A stretch of 64,000 nucleotides of DNA, taken from Octopus vulgaris. Its lineage: Eukaryota. Shown here in pieces: positions 14,942-28,184 of the stretch; position 1 is the stretch's first letter, and every line of letters starts with the position of its first letter. The notes beneath the pieces are model-generated. The model searched no databases. It saw nothing but the letters and a program-made list of their open reading frames with translations, and was not told the DNA's origin. The position numbers and the translations under genes are program-made. The stretch spans positions 95,542,001-95,606,000 of the forward strand of contig OX597823.1 in assembly GCA_951406725.2 (NCBI GenBank), in the 5' to 3' direction.

Positions 14942-15146
14942 ATATATATATAAATATATATACGGAGAGAGACAGGGAGGTGTCATCGTTTATTTCTGTT
15001 ACTGTTGTATTTTTTAATTTTGATCCTTTTTATCCATTTATCATTTTCTATTTTCTGTTTTTATTTTATTTTTTATCTGTTTTATTTATCAACTTTTATT
15101 TAACTTCTATTTGATTTTTATTTAATCTTTATTATTTTATTATATA

Positions 15147-16155
15147 CTAGCAGAGGCACCCGGTAATCCCCGGAGGCGGGGATATTCCCATTAACCATTA
15201 CAATACCTAATTTCTCTCAGACGACAAATGAAATCAAGACATAGGACAGATAATAGAAGGCGCAAGCAAATTCATTCAGGAAACAACAATACAAATAAAT
15301 ATGTGTGGAATCGGAAAATGACAACCTTTTGGTCAGATGAGTGGAAAGCTGCAAATAAATAATCAATGGAAACATCAAGAAGGGAATTGTAAAGGAGTGC
15401 TAGGAAAAAAACAACCAGCATAAAAGTTTGAAAGTTAAAAAAATATTTAGAGAAAAGAGTTTTTATATTTACAAAAACAGCTGGAGCGCAGAGGCGACAA
15501 TGTGGCGGTTATAAGAGTCGGAAGATGCTGAGGAGAACAAAAAAATATACAAAAATGATGACTTTCGTCATTTTGGGGCAAATTCTCTTGCAACCTGAGA
15601 GGAAATTTTAAGTGCACATGCACTTCATTTGATGTCTGTGTTTCATGGGTATAGTTCCACTGATCGTGAGGATCAAATATAGATTGCAACGTTTAGTACC
15701 GACAATTTTAAGTGCAAGTGTTAAGAAAATATATGTTACAGCAACCTGAGAATGCTGAAATGATGAACATTTTAATCCCACAACAATTTAAGCTAAATTT
15801 CGTTAATCAGTAAATTAAAAATCATCGTACGCTTTACTTGAGTGGCCTAGGTAAAAATTTATTTGGTTCAACCCATCCTTAGCGCATATTCCATTTGTGT
15901 ATAAAATTCCAAGAAAATCGGTTGAAAACTCTAAAAGTTATGGCAGAAAATATCATTCATAGAATTTGCATTGAAATATCTTACTTTTTTGAAAAATCGA
16001 TGCTGATTAAAAATTATCAATTTTTCTGAAATTCCAAGTGCGTAAGACCAGTTGGATAGTCTCAGAGGAGTTCAAGTAACAAATTCACAAACACACACAC
16101 ACACACACACACACACAGCCACAGATAGACGGAAACTGGCATTTATCTCTATAGA
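15147..16155 (-). mobile_element. Non-autonomous Helitron
   Basis: Minus strand starts A|TC (TCTATAGAG) and ends with hairpin CCGG-GGATTA-CCGG ~12 nt before CTAG|T. (GT)n lies near the 5' end. Confidence 0.75.
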
Positions 16156-16199
16156 TTTTACCAATTCCTACTTATCATTTGTATTATTTGTTCCACTTC

Positions 16200-16400
16200 G
16201 GGCAGCGGGCTGGCAGAAGCGTTAGCACGCTGGACGAAATGCTTGGTGGTATTTCGCCCATCGCTATATTCTGAGTTCAAATTCCGCCGAGGTTGACTTT
16301 GCTTTTCATTCTTTTGGGATCGATAAATTAAGTACCAGTTGTGTACTGGGATCGATTGTCCCCCTTCCTGCAAAAATCAAGGCTTTGTGCCCATTGTAGG
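16200..16400 (+). mobile_element. tRNA-derived SINE with a Meta-domain-like core (representative of many copies)
   Basis: TGGCAGAAGCGTTAGC...GAGTTCAAATTCC...GACTTTGCTTTTCATTCTTTTGGGATCGATAAATTAAGTACCAG. Relatives near 7950, 24030, 25230, 27730, 50750, 59930 and 60170. Confidence 0.7.
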
Positions 16401-16673
16401 AAGGATTATATGTACTATTAGTTGTTTAAATTTTTTTATCACCTATTCCACACACCACATACCACCACCTCTCTCTCTCTCCCTCTCGCACGCACACACA
16501 CACACACACACAACACATATACACAGACATACATACACACATATACACATTCCCACTCCGTCCACGCACAAAAACCAACACACATGCCAACATACACACA
16601 CACACACACACATCACTATCACCACACTCCCCCATTCACACACCCTTCAGAAAACACACCCACTCTCAAGCTC

Positions 16674-16708
<35 letters not shown>

Positions 16709-16979
16709 GCACACGCACAGCTACCACAACATACACACATGCTATCAAGCATGCTCACATACACTCTCAGTTATTGCCACACACACGCTACCATACGCAC
16801 ATGGTATGACACACATATGTCCCTACCACCATACGCATGCACACACACACGCTGTCACACTCACACACGCCATCACACACACACACAGATACCAACCATT
16901 CTTCACATTCTCCTTCCCAGAAAACACTTTTTCTTTGTCCATCTACTTCCGGTCATTCCAAAATGTAACTACACATGGA

Positions 16980-17210
16980 ATGTTGGCGATTTTTCCTCCT
17001 TCTTCCTTTTATTTTGGACTTTCCTATGTCTCCTGTTTCCGAAGAAGAGCTTTGCTCGAAACGTAAAACTACCACTCTTTCCTTCCTCCTCTGAGCGTCT
17101 TATTAATACTTTACATGTACCACGTTCTCGTGTTGTTGCATTTTTCTTGTCTATTTTTTCCATTTTTTTATTAATGATATATGTGTGTGTTTCTCTGTGT
17201 GTGTGTGTGT

Positions 17211-17267
<57 letters not shown>

Positions 17268-17430
17268 TGTGTGTGTTTTATTTTCTCTCTCGGCTTATTT
17301 CTGTGTTCTTTCCTATCGAAGAGCGTAGGCTCGAAATGTGAAAGACTTTCCCACTTTCCAAGCATTAAACTAATACATTTGTTGTTTACACACTCGTCTT
17401 CGTCTTTTCTTTTCTTTTTTTTTTTTTGTA
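16980..17430 (+). mobile_element. Two tandem Penelope-type terminal units, each with a variant minimal hammerhead
   Basis: GTTT CCGAAGA A GAGC-TTT-GCTC GAAA CGTA AAAC at 17035-17069 and TCTTT CCTATCGAA GAGC-GTAG-GCTC GAAA TGTG AAAGA at 17307-17345. Similar downstream tails, separated by (GT)n. Confidence 0.6.
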
Positions 17431-17435
17431 AATTC

Positions 17436-17521
<86 letters not shown>

Positions 17522-17559
17522 CATAGAGAGAGAGCGCGAGAGAGAGAGAGAGATGAGAT

Positions 17560-17820
17560 GGTATCCTGGAGTAGTTATGTTTAATAAAAAAATAACTTAT
17601 TATCTCAGTTTTTAACCTCCTCTCCTTGAAAATAGTTGCCTTGCCCAGCAATGCACCCCGGTCCAGGTGTTCCTGCCACTTTTGGAATCCGGACTAGAAG
17701 TCGTTTTCCATGAGTTGAGGACCTTCTGCGATTCACTCTTCATCTCAACAACGCTGTTAAAACAGTGACCTTTGACCTGCATTTTCATCTTAGGAAAGAG
17801 ATGGAAGTCCGCAGGTTCTA
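17560..17820 (-). mobile_element. Mariner 3' remnant
   Basis: DLEPADFHLFPKMKMQVKG..F; homologous to ~45670-45920. Confidence 0.8.
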
Positions 17821-17824
17821 AATC

Positions 17825-18780
17825 GAATGGTGTGTTTTTACGTGCCAGCGGCACAGGAGCCAGCCAGGTAACGCTGGCAACGATCACGATCGAATGGTGC
17901 TTTTAACGTTCCACTGGCACGGGTGCCAATCAGGCGCTATTCTCATCGGCCACGACAGCGATTTCGATTTCACTTGCCTCAACAGGTCTTCGCAAACATA
18001 GTTTATTGTCCAATGAATGAAGGGTACTCATAAGTGGGATGGTTATACACCACTAGCATCGGCCACGGGTTATTGTCCTACTTGGCTAGCTGGGTCTTTT
18101 CGAGCACAGCATATCTCCAAAGGTTTCGGTCACTAGTCATTACCTCGGTGAGGCCCAATGTTCGAAGATCGTGCTTCACCACCTCATCCCAAGTCTTCTT
18201 GGGTCTACCTCTTCCACACGTTCCCTCAACTGCTAGGGTGTGACACCTTTTCACACAGCTGTCCTCATTCATTCTCGCCACATGGCCATACCAGTGCAGT
18301 CGTCTCTCTTGCACACTACATCTGATGCTTCTCTCGGGGTGCTTAAACAATGTTGAGTATGCACACTGACATTAAACATCCATTGGAGCATACTGGCTTC
18401 GTTCCTTGCAAGCTTACGCATATCCTCCGCAGTCAAGGCCCATGCTTCACTGCCATGTAGCATAGCTGTTTGCACACATGCGTCATACAGTCTACCTTTT
18501 CCTTTGAGCGAGAGGCCCTTTGTCACCAGCAGATGTAGGAGCTCTCTGAACTTTACCTAGTCTAGTCCACGCCTGCTACTGACTTGGTCACCTTGGTAAC
18601 GGAAGCTATCAACTACTTGAAGTTTTTCTCCCTGGAATGTGACGGAATCTGTTCTTTGTACATTTTCAGTGTTTATTGCTCCTGGGTATTTGCTACATGC
18701 AAAAACTATCTTCTCAGTTAGCCTACCTTTGATATTACTGCACCTCTTATGTGTCCATGGCTTACACTGGGTACATCTTA
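17825..18780 (-). mobile_element. RTE/RTEX-like LINE 3' portion
   Basis: KGLSLKGKGRLYDACVQTAMLHGSEAW; RRLHWYGHVARM; GRGRPKKTW; 3' UTR shared with the 28185 copy. Confidence 0.88.
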
Positions 18781-18801
18781 CGATATATATATTTATATAT
18801 A

Positions 18802-18988
18802 TATATTAGAAGAAATGAGGTACTCAGAAGATCGGATGGTTTATATTTACAGATATTTATTTATATATTACATTTTTATATATATATCATATCACTTAGA
18901 TCATTAGCGCTTTCTCCCATTCTAGTGGGGTTTTCAAATCAAGAAATCCCCACTAGAATGGGAGAAAGCGCTAATAATCTAAGTGATA

Positions 18989-19049
<61 letters not shown>

Positions 19050-19120
19050 GTAATATATAAATAAATATCTGTAAATATAAACCATCCGATCTTCTGAGTA
19101 CCTCATTTCTTCTAATATAT
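18802..19120. repeat. Long fold-back palindrome centred in a truncated hammerhead
   Basis: Arms ~18802-18934 and ~18943-19120 are reverse complements apart from an expanded (TA)n. Each arm carries CCCA-CTAGAA-TGGG A GAAA GCGC TA. Confidence 0.8.
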
Positions 19121-19146
19121 AATACCTGTACATCATCTCCAAACCT

Positions 19147-19195
<49 letters not shown>

Positions 19196-19535
19196 TAACA
19201 TAAAGGCGTCAGATGTTGTGGTTGTAAATATATTAGAAAGTAAAATACGTAAACACGCACAGGAGGTTTGTATAATAAAATTTATGCCAATATTAAGATC
19301 ATAATAAAACAAACAGTTGTATTCCAACATTATGTAATAAACTGGGAGTACCGGTTTCGCGTCTTAGGCTTATCAAACTTACAAGGTCTTAGATTTCAGC
19401 CATTTTTGTTGGCGACAAGAATTTTTGCAGTCGAAGGGAGGTAACTCTTTAATTTTTCAACAAACAGGAGTTGTTGCCTGACGAAGCCACAAAAAATGGG
19501 TTTTTTTCCAAACTTTCGGGAAAATATAACTCACC

Positions 19536-19573
<38 letters not shown>

Positions 19574-19909
19574 TACACACACGCATACACACACACACAC
19601 ATTATAAATAGACATACACATCATTCTTTGCTTGCATTGTTTGTTATTTGAAATGTTTCAGAAATTCTTCTCACGACCATTTCTTCATAAATATAAACAA
19701 CGCCAAACATTATGATGCCATGGAATTTCTTGTAATTACTGTTGTTGTTGTTGTTGTTTCCAATCTCTTGTTTTGTTTTGATCTGGTATGGTCAATTTAA
19801 TATTTCTAATGGAATAAAACATCTGTTCTCGTATTTCACAATAGTCTTCAGCATCTTTTCATTTGTCTGTGTGAATTATCTGTAAGTATGCCCGCCTTTC
19901 CATTCGGAC

Positions 19910-20270
19910 ACTACAAAACAACTTCCCCCCATCAAACTATATTATCATTCGCCATCTCACAAGGAAGAATTACCCATAATGCAGAGGAGAGGGAAAATAG
20001 ACAAATACGGGAGCCTGACCGGCCGCTATCAGTTTTGTTCTGGTTGCAGGAGAGACCTCGGCTGTTCGCAGACCTTGCATGGATGATTTCCTCCACAAAA
20101 TCAGGATCGTTGTGGCCAATCTCAGAAACGAGCACCGTGTGGTTGGTTGGTTGCAACAGAGCGTATCCCTGGCCATTCTCTGTGGCAGTGCCTTTGCAAT
20201 CATGTCCACCAGGCATGGCTAAACACGCCATTTGGTCTGCGAGGTACAACCTATTACTCCCCACCCACCA
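19910..20270 (+). mobile_element. CRE-like non-LTR 3' remnant, second copy
   Basis: Reverse complement of 8440-8790; reads (with frameshifts) AEERKIDKYGSLTGRYQF...ETS...WLQQSVSLAILCGSAFAI. Confidence 0.55.
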
Positions 20271-20639
20271 TTTTCGGCTGCTTAATCCCCCACCATCACC
20301 ACCGCCACCACTCTTTCCTTTGCTTTGTTTTCTTGGTGAGGGACTTATGAGTTTTTTTCTCTCTCGATAATTTGAGGTTTTATAAATTTTAATGTTTGTT
20401 TTTTTCTTTTCATTCTGTAAAAATATGTTAATTAGCGAAATATAAAGGAGAATGGAGTAGAAGGAAGAATTGTGAATTTATTTTCAGAAAAAGGAACCGA
20501 ATCTCCCTCAAACTGCACCCATCGCCTGTCAGTGACAAAGTTAGAGAAAGACAGATAGTTGAGTGAGAGTAGCTTTCGCGAAATTAGAGATGTATGAATT
20601 TGTGAACAAGTGTTGGTGTCAATAATGCAAAACAGGAAA

Positions 20640-21050
20640 ATACATTTGTAGGGGGCATGGTTTAAGGTATTTGGAGAGCTGTGAAACGTGATCCTTAAGG
20701 AAAATATTGAGGATAGCACGGACAAAGTATCTAATGAAGAAATGACGAGTGAGGCTGCATTATATAGGAAACTGCTTCATGAGATAAGGGCCAAACAACA
20801 GAGACTTCTTGGTCATGTGATGAGGAAAGAGGGCCCAGGGAAAATTTAGTGATGACTGGAAAGATTGAAGGGAAAAGAAGGCGAAGAAGGAGAAGGATGT
20901 TATGGATGTGAAGCTGGAAGAACTGGTTTGGAAGAACGAGACGTTAAACATCCGGAAAAAGTGGAACTGTTATACAGAAAACAAAGAAGAGGGAATCGTG
21001 GAGGGTGGGGGGACAAGATTGCCCATGTCCTACATTCAGGACATAGCACA
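20640..21050 (+). mobile_element. Old RTE (BovB-like) 3' fragment
   Basis: TDKVSNEE...LLGHVMRKE...KIEGKRRR.R.RMLWM. Confidence 0.6.
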
Positions 21051-21118
21051 GAAAGAAAGAAAGAAAGATATTATTTTCTTCTTTATTCAGTGTTTCTTAT
21101 CTTTCTCTTTGGTAAAGA

Positions 21119-21155
<37 letters not shown>

Positions 21156-21519
21156 CAGACCAGTAAGAAATATAACATGAGAGGAGGAGGGGGAAGCAAT
21201 CGGCAGATATAGTGATGGCGACAGTGAGAACGGTGTTGGTTTGTTTGCATTTTTATTGCTGTTTATCTTCCATCTTTTATTTCAGTCAGTAGATTGTGGC
21301 CATGCTGGGGCATTGCTTTCAAGTATTTTTAGTTAAATTAATCAACTCCAGAACTTTTTTTGGTTCTTTTTGCAAGCTTGGTATTTATTCTATCAGTCTC
21401 TTTTGCCAAACTGCTAAGTTACAGGGACATAAACACACCAACACCAGTGGTCAAGTGGTGGTGGTGGGGGGAGGTTACAAACACCAACATAAAAATACAC
21501 ACACACACATAGATATGTG

Positions 21520-21562
<43 letters not shown>

Positions 21563-21565
<3 letters not shown>

Positions 21566-22056
21566 TTATAAAATGAGATAGGGGTTGAAAATTCAACCCA
21601 CCATGGGATAATATATATCCAATATACTGCTAGATAGGTAGCATTATGATGTATAAGTTTTTATATTTTACATTTTTATATTTTTATATTTATATGTATA
21701 TGATTATATAATATTTTTCACTATTATAACAAATTTAATTTAATTCTCTGAAGAGGCCGTGGGGCATCCTTGTTAATGCCTCATTTATACCTGCCTTTAT
21801 GGCTTATAGGTTAAATGAGGTATGACTGTCCTCACTGCCGAAACAGCTGTCAGTTTTGATTTATTTGCATATTATATTTGAAATTTTTTACTTATATCTC
21901 TTTATCTTTTTACTTTTACTATTACTGTGTATCTCATTTCATTTTATATATTGCCTTTACTCATATGTAATGGTGTATTAAAGTATGGATTGAATATCAT
22001 CGGATAGTTGATGTTTTACTGATTTAAGTATGTTTCTCCATTCTCTAATTTTGTAG
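21563..22056 (+). mobile_element. (TA)n-embedded ~495-bp element with an intact-core hammerhead
   Basis: CTGAAGA 21748-21754; long stem II GGC.GTGGGG...CCTCAC.GCC with an inner hairpin; GAAA 21840-21843; palindromic ACAGCTGT; GTC triplet ending 21851; stem I eroded to 2 bp. (TA)n on both sides. Confidence 0.75.
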
Positions 22057-22087
<31 letters not shown>

Positions 22088-22924
22088 GACAGGCTTCTTT
22101 CAGTTTCCGTCGACCAAATCCACTAACGAAGATCTGATTGACTCCCGAGGTTATAGTAAAAGACACTTGCCCAAGGTGCCATGCAGTTGGACTGAACCCA
22201 AAACCATGTGATTTGGAAGCAATCTTCTTACCACACAGCCACACCCGCCCCCATTGCAAATGGCAGGCGTTTAAAGCATTCATTAAATTTCAATGATTTT
22301 AATCTTGCAGATTCTATCTTGACCTGCTAAAGATAGTAGCTAAATTATCATTGAATCTGACCTTCCTGTCTAATATATATCTATGCTTGTGTACACACAG
22401 ACACATTATCATCATCATTTAACGAACCCCACCGTTTCATAATTGCATAGCTCAGATGGAATTCATTAAGGCAGGTTGTCTATGACCGAATACCCTTCTT
22501 GTTGCCAACCCTCACCTACAAGCAAAGTAATTGTTCCTTCTGGCCAGGCATTTTCCCACACCAGACTGGAACACATACAACACTGCTTGTATAACAGGGA
22601 TGCTTGTTTACAGCCATCAAGACAAGGGTAAAAAAACAAATACACTCTGGCATGCATACAGAAACACACACACATTTATGTATATATATATATATATATA
22701 CACTTTTATTTGTTTCAGTCATTTGACTGTGGGCATACTGGAGCACCACTTTTAGTTGAACAAATTAACCCCAGTACTTATTCTATTGATCCCTTTTACC
22801 TCACCGCTAAGTTACGGGACATAAATACACCAACATCAGTTGACAAGCAATGGTGGTGGGGGGACAAACACAGATACACAAATATATATATATTCCCTGT
22901 AAGTTTGGATTTACTCCCTAATAT

Positions 22925-22961
<37 letters not shown>

Positions 22962-24658
22962 GCTTCTTTCAGTTTCCATCTACCAAATCCACTCACAAGC
23001 ATTTGGTCAGTGTGGCTATAGTAGAAGGCACTTACCCAAGGTGCCACACAGTAGGACTGAACCTGGAACCATGTGGTTGGGAGGCAAGTTTCCTTACCAC
23101 GCCTGCACCTATATATGAGTGTGTATGTATATGTGTACATACAACAGGCTTCTTTCAGTTTCTGTCTACCAAATCAACTCACAAGGCTTTGGGCAGCCCA
23201 GGACTATACTAGCAGATACTTAGCCAAGGGACCATGTAGTGGGACTGAACTCAAGACCAAATGGTTGAGAAGTGAACTTCCTAACCACACAACCACCTCC
23301 TGTGCTTATACAAACATTGCGTCAAGTGAACGAGGAGTGCTCAATACATATTGTAGAGTATATGGCTGATTGAAACTGACTTTTTATCTTTGTGACTCAC
23401 CAGAGCTGAAGACCTCAGAGACAGGAATTCAATGTTACAAAGCTGCAGCTTGGCAGAAAAGCTAAGAAATAAAGAAATATCTTCCTTGCTCATGTGTATC
23501 AGTTGTCAATGTATTTGTGAGCTACACCGGGGGGGGGGGGGTGATATAGCATAATCGGTAGAGGTTTGTAGTTTTTTAATAACATAGGGCAGTGCCCCAG
23601 CATGGCCACACTCTGATGACTGAAATAAACAAAAGAATATCCTTTATTTATCTACATTGTAGTTTCGTCAGAATCAATAACATCAGCCACACCCAGTTAA
23701 TTACTGGTACTTTGTGCATTTTATCAATCCTGGAAAGATAAACCGTAGAGTTGACCTCAGCAGGATAACTTCAACAGTTCTTGGAACAGGGGACAGAAGG
23801 AGAGCAATTTTAGTGGGGAATGGAGATTAGTCAGTTACATCAACCCCAGTATTTGACTGGTACAGCATTTTATCAACCTCGAAAGCATAAAAGCCAAACT
23901 TGCCCTTGGCAATATTTGAACTCAGAACATCAAGAGCCAGAAGAGATGCAGTTAAACATTTTGTCTACTTCTTGCGTCTCGTTACCTGGAACTTTTACTA
24001 ATAAGGGTTTCAAATGTTGGTACAAGGCCAGCAATCTTGGGAGGAGAGGGGGTAAGTTGATTACATCAACCCCCAATGCTCATCTGGTACTTGTTTTATT
24101 GACCCCCAAAATGACGACAAGGAAAGTGGGTTTTGGCAGAATTTGAACTCAGAAGGTAAAGGCAGAAGAAATGCCACAAAGCATTCTGCCCCGACTTGCT
24201 AATCATTCTGCCAGCTTTGACCACCTTCAATTTCAGCTAAAATTAAGAAGAAAAAATGAATTTGTTAATCAAATAAACAACAAATGTCTGGCTTTTTGGT
24301 TCAGAACAATTCTGTCTTGGCAATGAGGAATTGATCGATTTCTTGGCAATCAATGAATAAAGACCTGGAGAGTTCGATATAAACAGACTACAATCAATGG
24401 TCAAACAGGTTGTGTCCCTGTCATGGGTTGGAAGGATGTCAACATTAATTCTCAAAAATATATTCATAGATGGACTTATTCCATCAAAGAATATATTTTC
24501 TTATTATTATCAAAGAATGTATGTATGTATTTTAATACTTTTGTGACAACCAGTACTTAACACAACAAAGCTCATACATTTTACTTTGGACAATCTTTTT
24601 CTAAAACAGTGAAATCGGTCAAGTGAATAAACATCTTAAAAATTGTATTTTCAAACCT

Positions 24659-24715
<57 letters not shown>

Positions 24716-25137
24716 TACATATATACACACACACACTCACATACACGTGTATGTTTAAACAAGCATCCCCCCCCTGCAGCAGGGGAGAGTTGCATAGCAG
24801 AAAATCTTGCCATAGCGCCTAATTCCACAATGTTAAATCTATTTCTCATGAGGGAATTACACATAAAGGTAAGACTTTCAGGAACATAACACTCCCATGC
24901 TGTGGGGACACCCACATACACACATATATGTGAACACACACATACACACACAAACACACACGCATACAGTTTTGTTCTACATTAACCAGTTTCTAACAAT
25001 CCATTCATTCTAACCATGATTTTGGATGTTTCTCAAAGTCTAATCAATTGTGGCCACTCTTTCATGTTAATTATAATTATCATTAGTGGACCTTACTTTT
25101 CGTCCTTGGGGGAGGGGTCAATAAGATTTGAAACCAT

Positions 25138-25226
<89 letters not shown>

Positions 25227-26170
25227 CTAATTTAAGCCCGAGGTCAGCAATTTTGGGGCAGATGGGGCAAGTTGATTACATTGGTTCCAGTGCTTGACTG
25301 GTTCTTTATTTTTGTCAAAGAACCAGAAGGATGACAGACATAGTTGACCAGTGCAGAATTTGAACTTAAAAGGTCAAGTATTGGAACAAACATTGTAATG
25401 CATTCTATCCGACATTCTAATAATTATTCTTACTCTCTATACAAGAGAGAAAGAACCATTATGGACAGTCAGCCTTGAGTAGGAGTGTGTAGAGGGGTGA
25501 GAAAAATAGAATATAAAAATATAAAAATGTGGCACCAGTGCTTCTTACGTGGCACTGTGACATGAATCCTTTTTATGTGGCACCAAAAACAGTTGGTAAA
25601 TTAATACGGAGAAGTTGCACTGCCATGTTTAATATTTACTCATTAAAATATTGAATAAGTAATATTCTACAAAAGTTAAACAGTCAGGCTCTAAGAGGAG
25701 AGAGAGGGAGAGAGAGGGAGAGAGAGAGAAAGAGAGAAAAGAGAGAGAGAGAGTGGATTATCCACAACACAAAAACACTTTTAATAAATTAACACCAACA
25801 GTTTATAATACTAACTAATGTAGTTTTGAAACCTGATAAAACGAAAATCATTCGGTTTCAAGTTCCAAAAGAAAGAAATTATATATCTGTCATGTATTGG
25901 ATCAAGATTTATATAATTTAAGGATGGAGCCACCGGCAAATAAAATTGCATATCAGTGATAAAGTACGATCAGGTAATTAGAAAAGTTATCAAGGGAGGT
26001 AACTGCGTTGAATCCTTTATTATAAGAAGCAAAGGGAGGTAAATAACATAGCTTTCCAAATTGAATTTTAACTAAACGTCACTTTACAACTGGTCAACTA
26101 GATCAATAACACAAAATATATTGATTCCAATTACTTCTTCTGTTAGTTATGACTTTTTTTAAATATCCTT

Positions 26171-26570
26171 AGGCGCAGGAGTGGCTGTGTGGTAAGTAGC
26201 TTGCTTACGAACTACATGGTTCCGGGTTCAGTCCCACTGCGTGGCATCTTGGGCAAGTGTCTTCTGCTATAGCCCCGGGCCGACCAATGCCTTGTGAGTG
26301 GATTTGGTAGACGGAAACTGAAAGAAGCCTGTCGTATATATGTATATGTATATATATATATGTATGTGTGTGTTTGTCCCCCTAGCATTGCTTGACAACC
26401 GATGCTAGTGTGTTTGCATCCCCGTCACTTAGCGTTTCGGCAAAGGAGACCGATAGAATAAGTACTGGACTTACAAAGAATAAGTCCCGGGGTCGATTTC
26501 CTCGACTAAAGGCGGTGCTCCAGCATGGCCGCAGTCAAATGACTGAAACAAGTAAAAGAGAGTAAAAGAG
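26171..26570 (+). mobile_element. Near full-length cephalopod-type tRNA-derived SINE (inverse copy at ~38090-38475; many older copies)
   Basis: GTGGCTGTGTGGTAAG...GGGTTCAGTCCC, GGGCAAGTGTCTTCT, internal (TA/TG) tract, tail GCTCCAGCATGGCCGCAGTC...GAAACAAGTAAAAG. Confidence 0.85.
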
Positions 26571-28184
26571 ATGTTAAGGGTCGTGTACCGTACATACATT
26601 CACAAACTGGGAGAAACGTTGTTGGTGAAACCATCCTGGGATTTTCACCAAAGTATTCCACAACCCGATGATAGGCATTAAAACATTACAAAAGGCAAAA
26701 AAAAAAACCGAATATATGTGAAATTTATAACTCGAAATAATTAACATGTCTGCTAATTACAGAGTCAAAGCAAAATATCCATTTCTTCTCTCAATGTATC
26801 TACCAAAACTTGTGTTCCATTTCTGATCTATTCCTAAAAGAGGTGGAGATGGTTTTTATTCTAAACTTTATACCAAATCAATATTACTGGCATTTTATTA
26901 ATCCTGCAAAAATAAAAGATGGATTTTTAACTAAACTTGGAACTTTGAAGGACCAGTAACATATCCAGCACAGCTTATTACCTCTTCCATGATCTGAGAG
27001 AGACGTGAAAGTGGAAATAATGATTTCTTTGAAATATCAAGACCTTATTTTTAATTGGTTTCTGTGTTCACAAGTTACCCTGAGCAAGCAGTTCAGTGCC
27101 TACAACTACAGGAGTTCAGCATAAATATTTAACTGGTGGGTGTCGTAGTTGAATGTGGTTGGACAGAAAATTCTTAGAATGAGAAAGAAAGCAGTTCTTG
27201 GTCAACTTTCTCAAAGTCAATTTGAAAAATAATTACATAAAGCCTTTTTTCCACAGATATGTTCCACTGATTTGTTTTAGATTTTAATGAATGACTTCTA
27301 ATTATCTAATCAACTTATATTCAAATGTTGTTTCCACTCACCACGAAAAGAATTTGGCCATTTCAAAAACAGTTTGTTAGAAAAACTTTCAACCAAATTA
27401 TTTATGGAAATGTTCAAAATCTAACAAAAATGCTTAGCTCCTAAAAGTCTCAACTCTATGCAACAAAATATAAGAAAAAAAGGATTCCATCAGACTCAAC
27501 ATTTAATTCATAAGGGCAACAGAGGATGGAACTGGCTGGTCAACGAAATGATTCATGTCTCCATTGGAATCTGTGAAGACAGAATGGACACTGAGGCCAT
27601 GAAAAGTGGTCCTGGTGAGTCATAAAAACGAAGCAATAATGTGACAAGCATCACCACACATAAACATCAGGAGATACATCTACAGATGCTGGTTATATTA
27701 AAATAATAATAATTCTTTCAGTTGTAGGATTAAGTCCTGAAATTTGTTGGGCAGAGAGAAGTCGATTAGATCAACCCCAGGGTTCAACTGGTATTGATTT
27801 TATCAACTCTGTAAAGATGGAAGACAAAAGTGGATGCCAGCAGAATTTGAACTCAGAATTTGAAATGCCACTAAGCATTTTGTCTGGCATGCTAACAATT
27901 CTGCCAGCTGACCTCCTTAATAATAATAACGGTAACAAAGTTAATGAAGAATATGAAAGACATTTGTAGAAGGAATCTCAAATGAGACATGATTAAAAGA
28001 AACCCCATCCAAACCTTTGCTGTTTTGACATCAGTTATAAGTTTTTAAAACTTTTCTTCAGAACTTCCCAAGAAATCTCTCAATACAATTGGAGCATCTC
28101 GCTCCTTCCGGTTCTGGTATTCTTTCTTAGATATTTCCATTCCTTTCTCAAGCTCATGAACATCTGTCATGATGTTTTCTAATC

